DNA from: Coriobacteriaceae bacterium
Lineage (GTDB): Bacteria > Actinomycetota > Coriobacteriia > Coriobacteriales > UBA8131
Direction: 5' to 3'
NCBI GenBank assembly: GCA_012515495.1
Contig: JAAYYH010000075.1
Span: 1-34,370, forward strand
Length of the DNA: 34,370 nucleotides
Shown piece after piece: positions 30,142 to 34,370 of this stretch (the first letter of the stretch is position 1; each line of letters starts with the position of its first letter). Under the pieces are notes generated by a model that had not been told where the DNA came from, searched no databases, and saw only the letters and a program-made list of their open reading frames with translations. A program made the position numbers and the translations under genes.

Positions 30142-33100
30142 ATGTCTGAATTCGACGTAAACAACTTCGACCAACTTCGTATCGGACTGGCTAGCGCAGA
30201 GCGCATTCGCTCATGGTCGCGCGGCGAGGTCAAGAAACCAGAGACCATTAACTATCGAACCCTGAAGCCCGAGAAAGATGGGTTGTTCTGCGAGAAGATC
30301 TTTGGACCGGTCAAGGACTGGGAGTGCAACTGCGGTAAATACAAGCGCATCCGCTTCAAGGGTATCGTCTGCGAACGCTGCGGCGTCGAGGTGACCCGTG
30401 CAAAGGTCCGTCGCGAGCGTATGGGTCATATCGAGCTGGCCGCACCGGTCAGCCATATCTGGTACTTCAAGGGTTCACCGTCGCGGTTGGGCTATCTGCT
30501 GGATATCCCTCCCAAGGAACTGGAGAAAGTGCTCTATTTCGCCAGCTCCATCATTACATCGATTAACGAGGAAGCCCGCGATGCGGATGCAGCCGAACTT
30601 GCCGATGAGCTGGCAGCGGACCTCGAGGAGTTGGATGCCGAGCTGGAGCGTGAGATCGACAGAGTGCGCCGTCTGTCCACCACTGCAGTGGACGAGGGCG
30701 AATACGCTGATGATATCGACGAGGATGAACGACTAACCCCAGAAGAGGTAGAAGAGGAGATCTTCGACTTACGTGAAGAGTATCGGGAGCGCAAGGAGCT
30801 TCGCAATGAGGCCTTTGATGTCTTTATGAAACTCGTCCCCAAGCAGTTGGTAGGCGATGAGGCACTGTATCGCGAACTCCGTCTTAACTACAGTAACTAT
30901 TTCAAAGGTGGTATGGGTGCCGAGAGCATCCGCGATCTGCTCAGGAATATGGATTTGGAGGCGACTGCTGCCGAACTGCGGGCAACGATCCAAGATGGGA
31001 AGGGCCAGAAGCGCGCCAAAGCCATCAAGCGCCTGAAGGTCGTCGATGCTTTTCTTAAGAGTCAGAACGAACCCGAGGATATGATCTTGGATGTTGTTCC
31101 GGTTATCCCACCCGAATTGCGCCCGATGGTGCAGCTGGATGGTGGCCGCTTCGCCACATCCGACCTCAACGACCTATATCGCAGGGTCATCAATCGGAAC
31201 AACCGCCTGAAGCGTCTGTTGGATCTTGGAGCGCCCGAGATCATCGTCAACAACGAGAAGCGCATGCTGCAGGAGGCCGTGGATTCGCTGTTCGATAATG
31301 GACGGCGCGGACGGCCGGTCACCGGTCCCGGCAATCGCCCGTTGAAGTCGCTCTCTGATATGCTCAAAGGCAAACAGGGCCGTTTCCGCCAGAACCTGTT
31401 GGGCAAGCGCGTTGACTATTCGGGACGTTCGGTTATCGTAGTGGGTCCGCAGCTGCAGCTTCATCAGTGTGGTTTGCCAAAGGCCATGGCGCTGGAATTG
31501 TTCAAACCTTTCGTGATCAAGCGTTTAGTCGAGCTCGAGCATTTCCCCAATGTCAAAGCAGCCAAAAAAGCCGTTGACAGAGCAGTATCGACTACTGTCT
31601 GGGACGTGCTCGAAGAAGTCATCGCCGAGCATCCGGTTCTGTTGAACCGTGCCCCAACGCTGCATCGTCTGGGCATCCAGGCCTTTGAGCCGGTATTGGT
31701 GGAAGGCAAAGCGATAAGATTGCACCCCTTGGTATGTACAGCGTTCAACGCTGACTTCGATGGAGATCAGATGGCTGTACACGTGCCACTCTCCAGTGAG
31801 GCTCAGGCTGAAGCTCGTGTACTGATGCTGTCCACGAATAACATCAAGTCGCCTGCGCATGGTCGTCCGTTGGCAGTACCCACTCAGGACATGATCATCG
31901 GTTTGTATTACCTCACAGCCGCTCGCGATGATTTCCCGGGTCAAGGTCGCTCATTCATTGATTTCCGGGATGCTCTCACAGCCTATGATTCGCGTGCAGA
32001 CGTAGATCTGCAGGCTAAGATATTCGTACGGCTCTCTCGAGACAGCGAGATACAGACCAGCTACGACGTCTTCGAGCAGATGAAAGCAGGGGAGCGGATC
32101 GAGACTACGGTCGGCCGAATCATCTTCAACTCGGTGCTGCCCAAAGATCATCCCTTCATCAATTTTGAGATGAATAAAAAGGAGATTGCACGACTGGTTG
32201 AAGATTGCACCAATCGCTATAGCAACTCCCAGATGCCAGCTATCCTCGATGGTCTGAAGGAGATGGGCTTTCACTACGCCACGCGTGCCGGTGTCACCGT
32301 TTCCGTCTATGACGCAACTGTACCACCGGAGAAGGAAGCAATCCTGACTAAAGCGGATGCACAGGTTGCCGCCATCGATGAGGACTATGAGTTCGGCTTC
32401 ATGAGCAATGATGAACGTCATCGTCAGGTCGTCGACATCTGGAATAAGGCCAATGATGAAGTCGGAGAGGCCATGGCCAGAAACTTCGACAAATTCAATC
32501 CCATCTACATGATGGCGTTCTCAGGTGCTCGTGGTGATATCAAGCAGATCCGTCAGCTCGCTGGCATGCGTGGTCTGATGTCCGACCCCAAAGGTGAGAT
32601 CATCGACCGTCCGATCAAGGCGAATTTCCGTGAAGGTCTCAGTGTTCTCGAGTACTTCATCTCAACACATGGCGCTCGAAAGGGACTCGCAGATACTGCG
32701 TTGAGAACAGCCGACTCCGGTTATCTGACCCGACGTTTGGTTGATGTCGCTCAGGATGTCATCGTCAGGGAAGTCGATTGCGCTACCGATGATGGTGTCG
32801 ATTACAAATTGCTCAATGTCAAAGGCGAGCTCGACCGCAACCTCATCGGCCGTTGCCTTCTCGATGCCTGTGTCGATCCGAAAACCGGGGAGATACTCAA
32901 AGAGAAGAACGAGTACATCGTTTCTGTCGGAGATATCCAAAAACTGGTCGATGCAAAACTCGATCACGTCAAGGTTCGTACCATCATGACCTGTCATGCG
33001 CGTCGGGGAGTCTGCCAAAAATGCTATGGCTGGGACCTCGCGACCTCGCGACCCGTGAACATCGGTACTGCTGTGGGCATCATCGCCGCGCAATCGATCG

Positions 33101-34370
33101 GTGAACCAGGTACCCAGCTCACCATGCGTACCTTCCATACCGGTGGTGTAGCAGGCGAGGATATCACACACGGCCTGCCTCGCGTTACTGAGTTGTTCGA
33201 GGCCCGCAAGCCAAAAGGCCAGGCGATCTTGGCCGAGATTTCAGGTACCCTGCAGATCAGTGGTGACAGGAACCAGCGCATCTTGGTCATCTCGGACACG
33301 GAAGGCAACTTCCGCGAGTATCAGACTAGTGCTCGTGCACAGCTGATGCCGGATGTCACTGATGGGGCGCAGGTTGAGATTGGCCAGCAGCTCACCAAAG
33401 GTTCGATCAACCCGCACGATCTGCTGCGTCTGACTGACTCCAACAGCACCTTGAGGTATATCGTCTCGCAGGTTCAAGATGTCTATATCAGCCAGGGTGT
33501 CGATATCAACGACAAACACATCGAGGTCATCGCCCGTCAGATGCTGCGTAAGGTTGCCGTCACCGATCCCGGTGATTCCTCCTACCTACCTGCCAAACAG
33601 GTCGATGCTAACGAATTCGCCAAGGAGGCCGAACGTATCCGCCTCGAAGGCGGCGAGGTTCCCGTTGGGTCACCTCTGCTGCTTGGTATCACCAAGGCTT
33701 CGCTGGCTACCGACTCTTTCCTTTCTGCTGCCTCTTTCCAAGAGACCACCAAGGTGCTCACCGACGCGGCCATCGAGGGTAAGGCAGACGACCTTCTTGG
33801 TTTGAAAGAGAATGTCATCATCGGTAAGCCCATCCCAGCGGGAACAGGGCTCAAGCGTTATCGCTCGGTCAATCTGACGTATAAAGGAGTGCCTGTAGAA
33901 GGTCGCAGGGCTGCAACCGAGGCTCTACCTGAGTGGGCGCCAAGTGAGTTACGTGAGTTGGAGACTCTGCTGCCGCAACCACAGGAGTGGTCACTGGATA
34001 CCGAGGACTACATTGGATTATCTGGTGGTCTGGCAGACTATATCGGTGGCATTATCGCGACGAAACGGTCGCTTGCGATCTCTCCGGAGTCGGCGCGGCT
34101 CTACATCTTCGACGACTTGGGTGTATCACAGCGCTGGGCGAACAAGTTTACCGACGCTGGTATTGAAACCGTAAGTGATCTGGTTGGTAAGAACGAGGAT
34201 GACCTGTTGCGGATCGAGGGCATCGGCGTCAAGGCCATCGAGGAGCTCAAGGCTGGCCTCGAGGAACGTGATCTTCTACACATCCTTGATAATAAATCCG
34301 CGGATGAGGAACCTGATGTCTCGCAGTTGTTGGAAATGGTCTTCTCACCCGATGACAGTGACCTGTTGCT
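30142..34370 (+). CDS. rpoC: DNA-directed RNA polymerase subunit beta-prime (3' partial; runs off window)
   Basis: Not on the ORF track because no stop is reached. It was read directly from ATG 30142, which lies 2 nt after the rpoB stop with GGAGAGGAG upstream. The translation begins [25 protein letters not shown]. Zn finger [19 protein letters not shown]. Catalytic NADFDGD at 31747-31767. [14 protein letters not shown] ends near 33875. The frame stays open to 34370. Confidence 0.95.
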   Translation, partial: MSEFDVNNFDQLRIGLASAERIRSWSRGEVKKPETINYRTLKPEKDGLFCEKIFGPVKDWECNCGKYKRIRFKGIVCERCGVEVTRAKVRRERMGHIELAAPVSHIWYFKGSPSRLGYLLDIPPKELEKVLYFASSIITSINEEARDADAAELADELAADLEELDAELEREIDRVRRLSTTAVDEGEYADDIDEDERLTPEEVEEEIFDLREEYRERKELRNEAFDVFMKLVPKQLVGDEALYRELRLNYSNYFKGGMGAESIRDLLRNMDLEATAAELRATIQDGKGQKRAKAIKRLKVVDAFLKSQNEPEDMILDVVPVIPPELRPMVQLDGGRFATSDLNDLYRRVINRNNRLKRLLDLGAPEIIVNNEKRMLQEAVDSLFDNGRRGRPVTGPGNRPLKSLSDMLKGKQGRFRQNLLGKRVDYSGRSVIVVGPQLQLHQCGLPKAMALELFKPFVIKRLVELEHFPNVKAAKKAVDRAVSTTVWDVLEEVIAEHPVLLNRAPTLHRLGIQAFEPVLVEGKAIRLHPLVCTAFNADFDGDQMAVHVPLSSEAQAEARVLMLSTNNIKSPAHGRPLAVPTQDMIIGLYYLTAARDDFPGQGRSFIDFRDALTAYDSRADVDLQAKIFVRLSRDSEIQTSYDVFEQMKAGERIETTVGRIIFNSVLPKDHPFINFEMNKKEIARLVEDCTNRYSNSQMPAILDGLKEMGFHYATRAGVTVSVYDATVPPEKEAILTKADAQVAAIDEDYEFGFMSNDERHRQVVDIWNKANDEVGEAMARNFDKFNPIYMMAFSGARGDIKQIRQLAGMRGLMSDPKGEIIDRPIKANFREGLSVLEYFISTHGARKGLADTALRTADSGYLTRRLVDVAQDVIVREVDCATDDGVDYKLLNVKGELDRNLIGRCLLDACVDPKTGEILKEKNEYIVSVGDIQKLVDAKLDHVKVRTIMTCHARRGVCQKCYGWDLATSRPVNIGTAVGIIAAQSIGEPGTQLTMRTFHTGGVAGEDITHGLPRVTELFEARKPKGQAILAEISGTLQISGDRNQRILVISDTEGNFREYQTSARAQLMPDVTDGAQVEIGQQLTKGSINPHDLLRLTDSNSTLRYIVSQVQDVYISQGVDINDKHIEVIARQMLRKVAVTDPGDSSYLPAKQVDANEFAKEAERIRLEGGEVPVGSPLLLGITKASLATDSFLSAASFQETTKVLTDAAIEGKADDLLGLKENVIIGKPIPAGTGLKRYRSVNLTYKGVPVEGRRAATEALPEWAPSELRELETLLPQPQEWSLDTEDYIGLSGGLADYIGGIIATKRSLAISPESARLYIFDDLGVSQRWANKFTDAGIETVSDLVGKNEDDLLRIEGIGVKAIEELKAGLEERDLLHILDNKSADEEPDVSQLLEMVFSPDDSDLL

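Noticed and set aside
31951-33171. Minus-strand ORFs of 156 aa (31951-32421) and 169 aa (32662-33171)
   Set aside because: They lie inside rpoC, whose + frame is continuous and carries the NADFDGD and other beta-prime motifs. These are shadow ORFs.

Overview
The window is mostly a conserved Gram-positive housekeeping block, almost all on the + strand. G+C is roughly mid-50s % by eye. Protein signatures and leaderless or TANNNT-type promoters fit an anaerobic actinobacterium such as Coriobacteriia, but that is inference only.

Gene order: tRNA-Pro, a Fe-S aldo/keto reductase, a decayed ypfJ-like metalloprotease pseudogene, a DUF2085 membrane protein, tatA, greA, lysS, clpC, disA, ispD, ispF, cysE, cysS, a SpoU/TrmH methyltransferase, and yacP (NYN). 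Next comes a ~6.3 kb non-core insert holding an L,D-transpeptidase, a radical SAM + DUF4130 pair, tRNA-Thr and a NiaP-like MFS transporter on the - strand. The block then continues with tRNA-Tyr/Thr/Met, tuf, rpmG, tRNA-Trp, secE, nusG, rplK, rplA, rplJ, rplL, rpoB and rpoC. rpoC runs off the 3' end, so it is absent from the ORF track.

I saw no CRISPR array, transposase, integrase or recognisable defence system.

The best candidate for something under-described is the two-gene radical SAM (TIGR03916-like) / DUF4130 (TIGR03915-like) putative DNA modification/repair cassette. It sits behind a promoter overlapped by a near-consensus LexA SOS box.

Other oddities:
- an alpha-CTD-like helix-hairpin-helix module on a long C-terminal extension of RpoC
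- an acidic tail on RpoB
- a tRNA-Pro with three mismatched acceptor-stem pairs next to an AT-rich orphan segment
- a C-terminally extended L11
- an N-terminally truncated RlmB-like methyltransferase

All calls come from reading the sequence and translations. No searches were run.
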